A DNA stretch of 64,000 bases from assembly GCF_006345805.1 (NCBI RefSeq), contig NC_042997.1, positions 33,604,001 to 33,668,000 of the forward strand, written 5' to 3'. Below, one piece after another: positions 51,899-64,000 of the stretch. The stretch comes from Octopus sinensis (lineage: Eukaryota). Numbering within the stretch: the first letter of the stretch is position 1; every line of letters begins with the position of its first letter. A program made the position numbers and the translations under genes. The notes under the pieces are model-generated. The model was given only the letters and a program-made list of their open reading frames with translations, was not told where the DNA came from and made no database searches.

Positions 51899-52000
51899 TT
51901 ATTGGCCAATATAACCTACCCTACATGTTACTCCACTCCCCAATACTTTTATTCTTGTCTCTATGTGAAATTCCAATATTTTAGGAATACTACCAACACC

Positions 52001-52416
52001 TATTTCTTTATTACCCACAAGGGGCTAAACATAGAGGGGGACAAACAAAGACAGACATAGGTACTAAGTCGATTACATCGACCTCAGTGCGTAACTGGTA
52101 CTTAATTTATCGACCCCGAAAGGATGAAAGGCAAAGTCGACCTCGGCGGAATTTGAACTCAGAACATAGCGGCAGACGAAATACCTATTTCTTTATTACC
52201 CACAAGGGGCTAAACACAGAGGGGACAAACAAGGACAGACATAGGTATTAAGTCGATTACATCGACCCCAGTGCGTAACTGGTATTTAATTTATCGACCC
52301 CGAAAGGATGAAAGGCAAAGTCGACTTCGGCGGAATTTGAACTCACAACGTTACGCAGACGAAATACCGCTAAGCATTTCGCCCGGCGTGCTAACGTTTC
52401 TGCCAGCTCGCCGCCT
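52001..52416 (-). mobile_element. SINE B head-to-tail dimer
   Basis: Same GGTATTTCGTCTG junction as the 41714 dimer, at about 52184. Confidence 0.88.
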
Positions 52417-55137
52417 TTAACCAATGAAATCCCAAACAGAAGAGACCCTAAATATTTCTCACAGAAGAGTTATCGGCACTATCTTCTAATATTTGGTCAA
52501 CTCAGTTTCGACTAATGCATTTTTGTTCTTAGTAACGTAAAAGAACAAAACACGGGCATGTGTAAGTGTGTGGAGTTTTGAATATACTTCCATATGTTCA
52601 GTGAAATTTAATGATGAGATTTTCAGAATAAGTTTATTTATAATTAGCGGCAACAGATCAAAATTGAGGTTTTCAAAATCATATTATTTCAACTTTCGAA
52701 TGTTTTACGCTTGAAATTAATTATTCAAACAAATATGAACGATACATATTAACAGTGCATCTATCACCTTCGACAATTATATCTGTCGTTCCGATATACA
52801 TGCATGGTTGACATTCGCTGCAGGTTGCTTACTCTTTCAGAGCGGGAGATTCAAAATTTATGAGGATCGCTTCAGTTGTTTTAGCTTCTCTCTATAATTT
52901 CTGAACGATTATTGAGCTATGAATCATTAAATTTTTTTTTTTTTTGCTTCCTACTTCGGTTGTTGTACCTTTTGACCGACAGATTTTAAAAATAATTTTT
53001 TTCTAACTAAACACTTTCAAACTTCGGACACTGGTACAATGTGTCATATAAAACATCTTTTACTCTTAGCATTCTTGAGAAAAACTTATATTTACGAAGT
53101 TATTTCACGTTAAAGTTGTCCTATTTTGGTAATTTTGGGCACAAGGCCAGTAATTTCGGAGGAGGGGGTAAATCGGTTACATCGACTCCAGTACTCAACT
53201 GGTACTTATTTTATCAACACTTTTTACGCAAATATTGATATTCATAAGGAATTATTCTAGTCTATTACTTGCATAAATTTTTTAACAAGTTCACTTTTCA
53301 TTCAGCTAAAGTGGCACGTATTCTCCTGCATCTTCGTTATACGGTTTACATATAATACATATAAGAATGGGTTTGCTATTGGTGTCGATGCTTAAGATGT
53401 TTTATGCTCCTAACATTTTTTTCATCTATTTTGCAGCTGAAATCTATTTCGCAATGATTCTGTTAAGAGTTTCCTGCAAATAAATGTTACTATGTTCTCA
53501 GCGATTTTCAAATGAATTATTGTGGTACAATTATTTTTAACTGAACCTGTTTAATTGCTTCAATATCTGAGCTGGGTTACATTTGGCTGAAACACATTTG
53601 CTGTCTTACAGAGACGTGATTTGTTTTTGATTATTAACCTGGCTAAAACAATAACAACTTGCAGTGAAATATCATCGAATTAGTGATGACAATATAGTTA
53701 TTGATATACTATTCGTCTGACTGTGATTTAGGCTCTGAGTAGCTTAGCAGCACCACTTGGTTAAATTTTATCCTAAAATTGCTTCGGGTATATCAATGTG
53801 TGTTGTTGCTTAGCATGATATAGGAAAAATCACAAACTCATTGATGCCACTACTAGATCTGTGGTACATAGTATTTATACAAAGGCGGTTTCTGTCAACT
53901 AGGTTTTCTTCATTTTTACTTCTGATCGTCACTATGCCATACTCTTCGAAAATCCAAGGACATCGATTTTTACATTTTGTGACTCACCATATTACTACAA
54001 ATGGGATTCCAGTTCCTACAAGCCCTCGTCGCTTTGCTTTCGACAAAATCGCTATAGTAAAATCCAGCCGTATCCTACGGCTTGGTAGAATTCGACCGTC
54101 TAACAGCAACTATTCTCTCTTACATATTGTGCCTACAAAAAGCTATGAATGATTAGTGGCTTCGCAGTAATTGTAGTGTTTAACTCTAGAACAGTACCGG
54201 ACAACACTTTTTTGCTCCTAGAATCTTTTGAGTTCTTTTCCAGAGAGAGAAGTGGGGTGAGGTAACTGCTACGAATTATTTGACCATATTATTATCGTAA
54301 ATATGTACTGTGTTGTTAATCAGAAAGTTAGTTTAATTAGAAATGTAGTAGTTTGTACGAATGTTATTAACTATAAGCTGATGCGTGGTTGTTCAATAAA
54401 AAACTTGGTTGGTTTATTCGAAAATTCTGAGTCATCATTTGTTGTAGTGTGCGAATGTCGGAGCCACCAATCCTATATTGATTCGTAGCTCGAGGTCATT
54501 AATTCTAAGAAATTAGAAACATGTTCGTAAGAATAACAGCAAGAATGGATTACATACTATTTCCTTTACACCGTCAAAAAGTAGACCTTTTCCGATCTTG
54601 TTGGTAGAAAAATAATGATTACGCAACACTTGTGAATACAGATCTGAAATAGAACAGAATTGAAGCATAATAAATGTAACATATTTTAACTTAAAACATA
54701 GATCAAGGACGTACATAAGCATTTTCGTATTTTACAGGTCAATTCAATAATGTGTTGAAGAAACATTTTTTAGTTTTACAAATTGAGCTGTTTAAAGTGT
54801 TCTAGAAATATGCCTGCATGCTTTACGAAGGCAATGGAATAATGTAATATAAAAAGTGCTATAGAAAACTTATATATTGAAAATTCATGTGTTTGTAAGG
54901 TCAAAATGTTTACGACACAGCTGTAAATATTGAAAAATATGTAACGTACATATTTTAAATTGGTAGAAGTTATTCTTCCAAGGCAAAGACAAAGGTTAAC
55001 TACAAGATAAGTGAGAGGGGAATAATGGGGGCATGAAATGAGACAGTTTACTTATTATAGTTGTCGGAACTCTTAAAAGAAATTTAGAGGCAGAACTGTT
55101 TTCCGTTTCAAAAGCAAATAATAATAATAATAATAAA

Positions 55138-55692
55138 TGCCGATGCAGTTCCAGGCAGTGGCTCTCATGGCTTTTGATCTTAACTGATTGTAAGTGTTAT
55201 CATGTACATTGTTTTGTCTTGGTATAAAAGATGGGCTACAGCAAATATTCTGCTCAATACCACAGATTCGCTTGTCAGTTGTTTGACCTTAACCAGTTGA
55301 CCATGTCCCTTAGTGGCTGACAATATGTGCATCTCTGATCACGAGCAGAAGTAGTGGCGGAGCATCATAGCCGTGTGTTGAGAGGAATTCTTGGAGGTTT
55401 GGATAATTCAACTTTGGAAACATGGGTGGTTTGTTCAACATCCTTAAACAATCCTTATTCAGTGACCTTTTGAGCGAGGTGTGCTACTCGACCAGAAGAA
55501 GATTCTAACTGGGCCCCACCTGCAAGGTCATGTGCTGTTTATCTTGATATCAGATCACCATGTCGCGCACATTTGGTTGTGGTGCGTGTACCTGGTGTAC
55601 CCTTATCAGACGGGTAGTCTTGATAGGTATACTGGGCTTCGTATATTTTACCCCAGTGTCACTTTGATGGCATGCACTGCTCTCTCTCACTC
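55138..55692. mobile_element. Unclassified ~550-bp repeat-like segment embedded in (AAT)n
   Basis: More GC-rich block bounded on both sides by (AAT)n tracts. I recall it as a common octopus repeat, but there is only one copy here. Confidence 0.5.
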
Positions 55693-56079
55693 AATAATAA
55701 TAATAAATAAATAAATGAAAATGGCTCACAGGCTACTTGACCCTAATGAACTAAACTATCGTCCGCATAAAGTTGCTTCAAGTGAGTGAAAAAGTTGTTC
55801 TACATATTAGCTGTAGCACTCATTATGAAAAGAGCTGGCCAATGAAAATGAATCTAGGATGAAATTAATTCAGCATGGGAAAATAAAATTAGAACAAAAT
55901 GTGCAGAGAGCATGACGACTTCGTATAAAAAGCTTAGCGAGATATCTGAATTTAGAGATAGCTGATGGGAAAATTCAATAATATTAGGTGGCATATCTTT
56001 CATGGGAGCCGGATTCACTCTACAGTTAAGATTATAGGCATTCTGTGATACAAATGCGTTTTACTTTCTTGATATAAGA

Positions 56080-56274
56080 AGAAGAAGAAGAAACAAAAGC
56101 TATAAAACAAATTAAATCCAAACTGAAACTAGAACAGCAACGGACCATGATAAAACGATGGCAAGAAAAGCCCCTTCATGGCAAATACTGGACTAAACTA
56201 AATGCAAAAGATATAGACAAAGAAAATCCCAGCAATGGTTGAGAAACTTAGGACTCAAAGCAGAGACAGAGGGT
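56080..56274 (+). mobile_element. R4/Dong-like non-LTR retrotransposon fragment
   Basis: KRWQEKPLHGKYWTKLNAKDIDKE / SQQWLRNLGLKAETEG matches the W..K.LHG...WL..G.LK.ETEG block that precedes the zinc knuckle in R4-clade proteins. Confidence 0.75.
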
Positions 56275-56539
56275 CCAATTTTTTATGCAACTTCTTATAA
56301 TCAATTTATTAATTGTTGGATTACTGGTTGTGCTTTACAGACATACGTAGGACGTGTGGAACATAACTAGAAGGATTACAGCCTTCGCCGATTTAGCTAT
56401 GTCTAATGGAAAATGTGTTTAAAGGAATATGCATTTATTGTTTTATCAAAGTATAATTTGTTACAGAATTCCATTCTGTGCATGGAGAGTGAATGGTCGT
56501 GATGATGAGTAGTTAGATTAGTAGAAAATCAAAAATTTT

Positions 56540-56767
56540 TTTCTTTATTGCCCACAAGGGACTAAACATAGAGGGGACAAACAAGGACAGACATAGGTAT
56601 TAAGTTGATTACATCGACCCCAGTGCGTAACTGGTACTTAATTTATCGACCCCGAAAGGATGAAACGCAAAGTCGACCTCGGCGGAATTTGAACTCAGAA
56701 CGTAATTTCAGTCGAACTACCGCTAAGCATTTCGCCCGGCGCGCTAACGTTTCTGCCAGTTTGCCGC
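56540..56767 (-). mobile_element. SINE family B
   Basis: Full copy. Confidence 0.87.
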
Positions 56768-57018
56768 ATTACAACACTAGGGGAAATGCATTCTTCATTC
56801 TCTGAAATATTCATAGGATTGCTCTGCATATAGCAATCCAATGAATATTTCAAAAGTATAAGGCAGTGAACTGGCAGAATCGTTAGCATGACTTTGCCTT
56901 TCATCCTTAGCGGTCAATGTAATCAATTTAATCCCTCGCCCGAAATTGCTGGCCTTGTGTGAAAATTTGAAACCAATATTTCAGGAGTATATTTCTGGTT
57001 CTGATTCTTTAAAATGTA

Positions 57019-57435
57019 TACTCTTTACTCTTTTACTTGTTTCAGTCATTTGACTGTGGCCATGCTGGAGCACTGCCTTTAGTCGAGCAAATCGACCCCG
57101 GGACTTATTCTTTGTAAGCCCAGTACTTATTCTATCCGTCTCTTTTGCCGAACCGCTAAGTGACAGGGGACGTAAACACACCAGCATCAGTTGTCAAGCA
57201 ATGTTAGGGGGACACACAAATACACACACACACACACACACATACATATATATATATGTACACATATATACGACAGGCTTCTTTCAGTTTCCGTTCTACC
57301 AAATCCACTCACAAGGCATTGGTCGGCCCAGGACTATAGCAGAAGACACTTGCCCAAGATGCCACGCAGTGGGACTGAACCCGGAACCATGTGGTTGGTT
57401 AGCAAGCTACTTACCACACAGCCACTCCTGCGCCT
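57019..57435 (-). mobile_element. SINE family A
   Basis: Full copy, low divergence. Confidence 0.9.
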
Positions 57436-57760
57436 CATCACAGTTCTGAAATTTACTCGACAGAATGAGATGAAAGACACTGTATAGTAAGTAGCGAGTC
57501 AACAATGGTTCAAGATACTAAACTTAACTACCAAACTAATGTAGGAACTAGCTTTGAATCCTGATTATGCTTGATAGAAACATCAAAGAAAATAATGCTT
57601 AAGTAATGGCGTGCAAACTGCCACGAGAAAAAGGAGCTCACACAACAGGGATACTGGCAAAATCCTCAATAAACACTGTAGTTACAAGAGACCATTCGGC
57701 TAGCAGAAGACGCTATAAATAAGCAACAGTTGGGGAATGACAATCGTGTTCAGAAATATG

Positions 57761-58020
57761 TATTTCTTTACTACCCACAAGGGGCTAAACACAGAGGGGA
57801 CAAACAAGGACAGACAAAGGGATTTAGTCGATTACATCGACCCCAGTGCATAACTGGTACTTAATTTATCGACCCTAGTGCGTAACTGGTACTTAATTTA
57901 TCGACCCCGAAAGGATGAAAGGCAAAGTCGACCTCGGCGGAATTTGAACTCAGAACGTAATGACAGACGAAATACGGCTACGCATTTCGCCCGGCGTGCT
58001 AACGTTTCTGCCAGCTCGCC
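57761..58020 (-). mobile_element. SINE family B with an internal 32-bp tandem duplication
   Basis: 13-bp TSD GTTCAGAAATATG (57748-57760 and 58021-58033); AGTGCGTAACTGGTACTTAATTTATCGACCC is present twice. Confidence 0.88.
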
Positions 58021-58705
58021 GTTCAGAAATATGGATGGATGAAATCAAGAGGAATAGCATGTTAATATTAATGGGGTCGAGTTGCTCGATTAAAGGCGGT
58101 GCTTCAGCATGGCCACAGTCAAATGACTGAAACAAGTAAAAGAGTATATATATTGGCCTAAACGCTTTAAAACAAAAGGAACCTCAACCATGTGACTCGG
58201 CTATTAGAACCCCTACTGAAGCAAATTAAATACTAAATTGTAAGATCTGATGTTATTCTTAAAATTGGAATAATTAAGATGACTTGACTAGCTCAATATC
58301 TTTCAAGTATTTCAAGAAACATCGCCGTTGAGGGACCTGGACGGTATCATTAAGGCAGCAGTTATAAAGTAACTAATTCATTATGTTTATTTCTCCTCCG
58401 AATTGATTCTCGGTATTAGTTTCGCAAAATATTGAATTATTTATGTGTAGTATACTCTCATGCTGTCATGTACATATCCCAATATTACCATATCTCTTGA
58501 TATTATAGTCATCTTCGAAAAGGCGGCGAGCTGGAAGAATCGTTAATGCTCCGGACAAAACGTTTTACGGCATTTCTTCCGACTTCACCTTCAGAGTTCA
58601 AATCCTGCCAAAATTGACTTTATCCTTTCGGGGTCGATGAATGATGTACCGGTCGATGTAATCAACTAGCCCCTCCCCTAAGAATTCCAGGCCTTGTGCC
58701 TAAAG

Positions 58706-59040
58706 TCATCATCATCATCATCATCGTTTAACGTCCGTTTTCCGCGCTAGCACGGGTTGGACGGTTCGACCGGGGTCTGGGAAGCCAGGGGCTGCACCAG
58801 GCTCCAGTCTGATCTGGCAGAGTTTCTGCAGCTGGATGCCCTTCCTAACACCGACCAACCCGCGAGTGTAGTGGGTGCTTTTTACGTGCCACCTGCACAG
58901 GTGCCAGGTGGGTCCGGCATCAGCCACGATCGGTTGGAGCTTTTAACGTACCACCGGCACGGAAGCCAGCCAAGGTGGCACAGGCAACGGCCACGTTCGG
59001 ATGGTGCTTTTTATGTGCCACCGGCACAGGTATCACAACT
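58706..59040 (-). mobile_element. RTE 3' tail with three units
   Basis: (CAT)n plus conserved tail. Confidence 0.82.
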
Positions 59041-59607
59041 ACTAAGTAGAGAGGATTATTATCATCTTTGGCTTCATTTTGTATTTTCTTAGCGCCTCTT
59101 ATTCTTTCGGTTTCCCCATGCACCTTTTTTGTTCTCGAATTTAATCTTTTGATCTTGCTTCCAATCTTGTCTTAAGCCATTTCCTCTTTCCTTTTGTTCT
59201 TCAAGCTTCATTTTGTAGTCTTGTAGCAGCTTCTTGTCACGGATCAATGCTTTGATTAATTTTTCTCTTGACTTTCATTATGAACTCTAACTGGCATTCA
59301 TCATCTATCCTTCTATTGATCTTCACAGACATTTCGCACTCTAGTTGCTGCTGCTCTGATCGCTTATACTTTGATTCCCTCTCTCTCTCTCTCTCTTCAT
59401 TAACAACTGTCTCTAGTCTCTCTCTTATTGTCTTTTCATCGAAGCTTCTTCAAATGTCTCTTGGGATCATCTAAAGCAATGGCTTCGAGCAACTCAGGCT
59501 CTTCTTGCTACTGTTGTGTCTCATGTAATCGGCTTTTACTGCACATCGGTTATCAGCTTCTTCACTCCTTCATTCTATAGCTGAAAAAATGTTAATCTAT
59601 TTTACAT

Positions 59608-60024
59608 AGGCGCAGGAGTGGCTGTGTGATAAGTAGCTTGCCTACCAACCACATGGTTCCGGGTTCAGTTCCACTGCGTGGCACCTTGGGCAAGTGTCTT
59701 ATACTATAGCCTTGGGCCGACCAAAGCCTTGTGAGTGGATTTGGTAGACGGAAACTGAAAGAAGCCCGTCGTATATATGTATATATATATGTATGTGTGT
59801 GTATGTTTGTGTGTCTGTGTTGTCCCCCTAGCATTGCTTGACAACCGATGCTGGTGTGTTTATGTCCCCGTCACTTAGCGGTTCGGCAAAAAGAGACCGA
59901 TAGAATAAGTACTGGGCTTACAAAGAATAAGTCCCGGGGTTGAGTTGCTCGACTAAAAGGCGGTGCTCCAGCATGGCTGCAGTCAAATGACTGAAACAAG
60001 TAAAAGAGTAAAAGAGTAAGAGTA
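59608..60024 (+). mobile_element. SINE family A
   Basis: Full copy. Confidence 0.9.
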
Positions 60025-61687
60025 TATGCCTTACAGGTATTAACTTTTTCCTTTTCTTTTTATCTTTTTTTAAACATTTTGCAATGTTGTTCGTCTCTTA
60101 ATCCTCTCTTTTGCTTCCAGCGATGTGTCGTTCTAAAAGACGATAATATTATTTTCTTTCTAATATTAAAGTTGCATCATATTTCCCATTCTCTTTTTTT
60201 TTTCGTTTTGTTCAACATTTTGTGTTTGACTTTCGGTGTTGTATGTGAACGCCCATGTTATTATGGACATTATATGTAAACGGTTGTGTAGTAAGAAGTT
60301 TGCTTTCCGACCACGTGGTCTTGGGTTGAGTCCAAGCTGCATGGCACCGCGGACAAGTGTTTTTCTATCATAGCCCTAGGCCGACCAATGCCTTGTGAGA
60401 GGATTTGGTACCTGTAAACTGAAAAAAGCCTATGTATGTATTATGCGTATGTGTGTGTGCGTATATCTATTGTGTGTTTGTCCCCTATCAGCCCTTGACA
60501 ACTGGTGCTGTTTTGTACGTCTCTGTAACTTAGCAGTTCAGCAAAAGAGTTAGATAAAAAATAAGTTCCTAAACTTTAAAAAATGAGCACTAGAGTCGAT
60601 CCGTTTGTCTAGGACCTTTCAGACGGCACCCCAGCAAGGTCACTGTCCAATGACTGAAACAAGTAAAACATAAAAAAATAACTAATAACCTACAAATATG
60701 TACTAAACACAACATAAATCCATACCAAGTCTAGCAAGATTCAAAGCCGAATCGACAAATTGCCATGTTAAAATCACGGTTTAGTAACAGGTTTTTCAGG
60801 TGATCGGCCAAATTATGGACCAAGCAACAGCCATACTTCATGTGATGCATCTTTCTAGAAATCTCCGAAGTATTATCCTTATAAGGCCTATAAATTATTT
60901 TATTCTTTTACTTGTTTCAGTCTCATTTGACTACGGCTATGCTGGAGCACCAAGAACGTTTTGATCACCAAATTTCAGTTCGTGGTCACCCGCAGCTAAG
61001 CTACCCACATATTCATTTTGCTGCTTTTAACAGTCGCTATCATGACTCTCACTCATCCTAGACATGCAGCTACAGTTTGCCGACCTGAGCCCAATGTGTA
61101 TATTTTCCCTGTTTCGACAGCTTAATTAAAGAGCTGTTTTAATCAACTATTTGTTAAAGCTACATATTTGTTCTTCAAGCGTTAAATCATTGTTGTCGCA
61201 GTTTTTAATTTATGAAACCTGAAATTATTTATGCGGTAAAATAACATTCTGTTAATTGTTCACGCACCCTGAACCAAACACAACTACCATCATCTCGTAT
61301 CTTTCATAGTTTGCCTTACGTGCAACCATCCACTACACTCCATGACACAAGAATACATAAAAAAATCATAATGTTTATAAAAATTCTATTCATCATAATT
61401 ATAAAATCCTAATCTTAAAGGGTAACGTCCATTTTTTATGAACATTAACCTGAAGATAAAGATAATTTTTCATACTATGTCCCAAGCATAAATGAAATTT
61501 ATTTAAGTCCTTGTTAGACTGGTTTTGAAGTGTGAACATTTAGGTATATTGTTGTAAATTGTAACGCATGTAACTTATGATAAATTATGATGGTGGCTTT
61601 ACTGCATCTAGTTATCCACTGATTCTCGTTTAGCCATTACACATACATCTGTACGTACGTACGTATGTATGTACATACGTACATACA

Positions 61688-62180
61688 TACGATGTTGTCG
61701 CTAAAACAATTTACAATGCCATGAGAAAAAAAATTGTCCTGAAATAAACTTAGAAAATCCCTCTGTTATGGAATACATTCATAAACACCAACTCAAGGAA
61801 TACTGGTAGAATATTCCCACCAAAACTTCTGTTAAATGTCGATATAACAGGCTGGATATTGTTGTTTGGGACAGAGGAGCATATGTATGTTCCGTGATAG
61901 AGGCCCTGCAGATATAAACATCTCTTTAAAAATCAAAGGAAAAGGGGATATCTGTGGACAACTGATTCGAAACCTCCAGCTTCTATATCCAGATTATGAA
62001 TTCATACTCATACAAATAATAATTGGAACACTAGGTTTTGTTAGTAAATGCTCAAAGGAGAATCTGGATAAACTGGGATTTTCAGAAAGAGAAATCGACC
62101 GGCTAATTCGTAGATTACAAGTGCAATCTGTGAGTGGAACAGTAAAAGTATGCAAGACTTTTCTCAAGTCCCAAATGTGA
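61688..62180 (+). mobile_element. 3' end of an R4-like retrotransposon (RLE endonuclease), degraded
   Basis: DVVAKTIY...EYW*NIP...NRLDIVVWDR..VIE..GPADIN...IIIGTLG...LQVQSVSGTVKVCKTFL* follows the HD.VA...NRPDIV..D...IE...P.D...IGALG pattern, with stops and frameshifts. Confidence 0.8.
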
Positions 62181-62255
62181 ATTTGTCTGTTAACTACATC
62201 TCAAAGACAGAGCGTTGTATCTTTGTTGGAAGCCGACTCCCTCCTCAGTGGAAGA

Positions 62256-62532
62256 TGTGTGTCTGTCTCCTACGATTTAGATTCCTAACTACTCCCACAT
62301 TTTGTGGTGCAGTTTAACCAAAAGCAGGTATCTTATAGTCGTGATTCATATTGAGCCCTTCTGGGTATTAGCGTGCGTCTACGATGAGTCTACGATTTAA
62401 AAAAAAAATTTACCATCATTTTTTCCCATTTTTAATGCATTTTTTGCTATTATATAAGGGAAGTAACTCTCTAAAAATGCTTATATAGTTATTTCCCTTA
62501 CAAACCCGAGCAACGCCGGGCGATAATGCTAG
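62256..62532 (+). mobile_element. Non-autonomous Helitron: 5'-truncated, internally deleted copy of 4081-4473
   Basis: High identity to the 4081 copy; CCCGAGCAACGCCGGG hairpin and CTAG|T end. Confidence 0.8.
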
Positions 62533-62852
62533 TAATAATTAAAAAAATAGAAGAGACATACATATATACATACACACACAGGCATACATTCATATGTATC
62601 TATGTATGTATATATGTACGTATGTTAGTATGTATGTATTATATGTACCGAGTTCCCATAACATTTACTCTTTATTTTATACGAAAATCTGAATAAATTA
62701 CACTAGTCAAGGGAATTCCAATATTTGGAATATGGATACTTGCTATCTTTTATTCTTTCAACTTTCCTTTAACTTTAGCTTCTTCATCATTCAAATCTGG
62801 CTGTCAGATTGAAAAGATCCCATACATACATACACACACAAACATGTGTGCG

Positions 62853-63065
<213 letters not shown>

Positions 63066-63836
63066 GTCTTTCTATATATATATATACACATGCATTCATG
63101 CTTACTTACATACATACATTCGTACGGTATATCTATATGCCTATGTGTATAATAGATTGTGCAATTGTTTGTGTAGTGTGAGGTAAGAATTCAATAATTC
63201 TTATTAACTCTTTGGCTGATCCGTGAAACTGATTCTCTCACATCAAATGTTTCCCAATGCGTTCCAATGCTGCAATCCGATTTTCTCACTTCTCTGTCTC
63301 TCTATGTTTAATTAACTTCTTTGCTTTTGATACCCAATTTTCACTTTTCGCGTGATTCTAAGGAAATTTGCTCACAGGTGAATAACACAGCAGCAGGTAT
63401 ATAATACGGACCTTTTATAATATACTTGCTTTTGAGATTTGAAATCTGTCTTTCATAAATAGATGAGTCAATATTGAAGAATAAGGATAATTTGCTTAGT
63501 TCAACAGTCTTAAACATTTCATGAGGATTTTGCGAATGAAATATTCTCTCTTTTGTGTTTGACTTAATTTTAAAAATAATCAAGTATTTGGAAAGAATTA
63601 GTAAAATAACTAACTTTTGTTATTAAAAAGGTAAAGGCGGTGATCTGAAGAAACCATTAGCATGTCGGATATAATTTTTAGCGGCTTATCTTCCGACTCT
63701 TTATGTTCCGTGTTCAAATTCCGCCAATGTCTTTTTTTGCCTTTCATCATTTCAGAGTTGATGAAATAGGTACCAGTTGAGCACTGAGGCTGATGTAAGC
63801 GACTACCCGCTCCTCCAAATTTTCAGTTTTTATGCC

Positions 63837-64000
63837 CAGGGCTGGCTCAAGGTACCGACAACTCGGGCAGTCGTCTGGGGCGCCATGTGCTAGGTGGTGC
63901 CAAGGAGGGCGTGACAAAGACAAAGAAATTTCCATGACTGTCATCTTGTACAGGCCGAAGATCAGCTTGCCCAGGGTACCACAACCCTAGGGCTGGCCCT
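63837..64000. mobile_element. Probable hAT-type MITE reaching the window edge
   Basis: CAGGGCTGGCTCAAGG at 63837 versus CCTAGGGCTGGCCCT at the end (imperfect TIRs); the TSD cannot be checked. Confidence 0.5.

Noticed and set aside
53841-54152. 103-aa ORF with a small hairpin AGCCGTA-TCC-TACGGCT
   Set aside because: No recognisable domain; a 7-bp stem is expected by chance; possibly an old transposon remnant that I cannot classify.

Overview
AT-rich, repeat-dense animal DNA. The repeat complement (tRNA-derived SINEs, RTE LINE 3' ends ending in (GAT)n, abundant microsatellites) looks like an octopus/coleoid cephalopod genome; this is recognition by eye, not a database result. The only host coding sequence I can support is the 46-nt first coding exon of an ARL5-family small GTPase gene on the minus strand (45241-45286, MGFLFSKLWSLFTNE|E, GT donor). 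A likely CpG-rich promoter and untranslated first exon lie at about 51.1-51.7 kb. I found no further ARL5 exon in the window, so 1-45240 is probably one very large intron. Nearly all ORFs in the supplied track are translations of SINEs, LINE remnants or microsatellites. Mobile elements seen: several SINE families, RTE LINE fragments, R4-like and CRE-like RLE retrotransposon remnants, a mariner remnant, piggyBac-like, hAT and mariner MITEs, and non-autonomous Helitrons. The most unusual object is a ~480-bp palindromic element (21889-22370) whose arms each join a tRNA-like Pol III head to a Penelope-type minimal hammerhead ribozyme motif. Also notable: a SINE dimer inserted under a single TSD, a 1.2-kb tandem duplication, a perfect 28-bp-arm palindrome and a poly-Trp uORF near the promoter, and a CpG step at about 45 kb consistent with gene-body methylation. 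Repeat boundaries are approximate (about +/-10 bp) unless TSDs or TIRs are quoted. Family letters A, B, D and H are my own labels.
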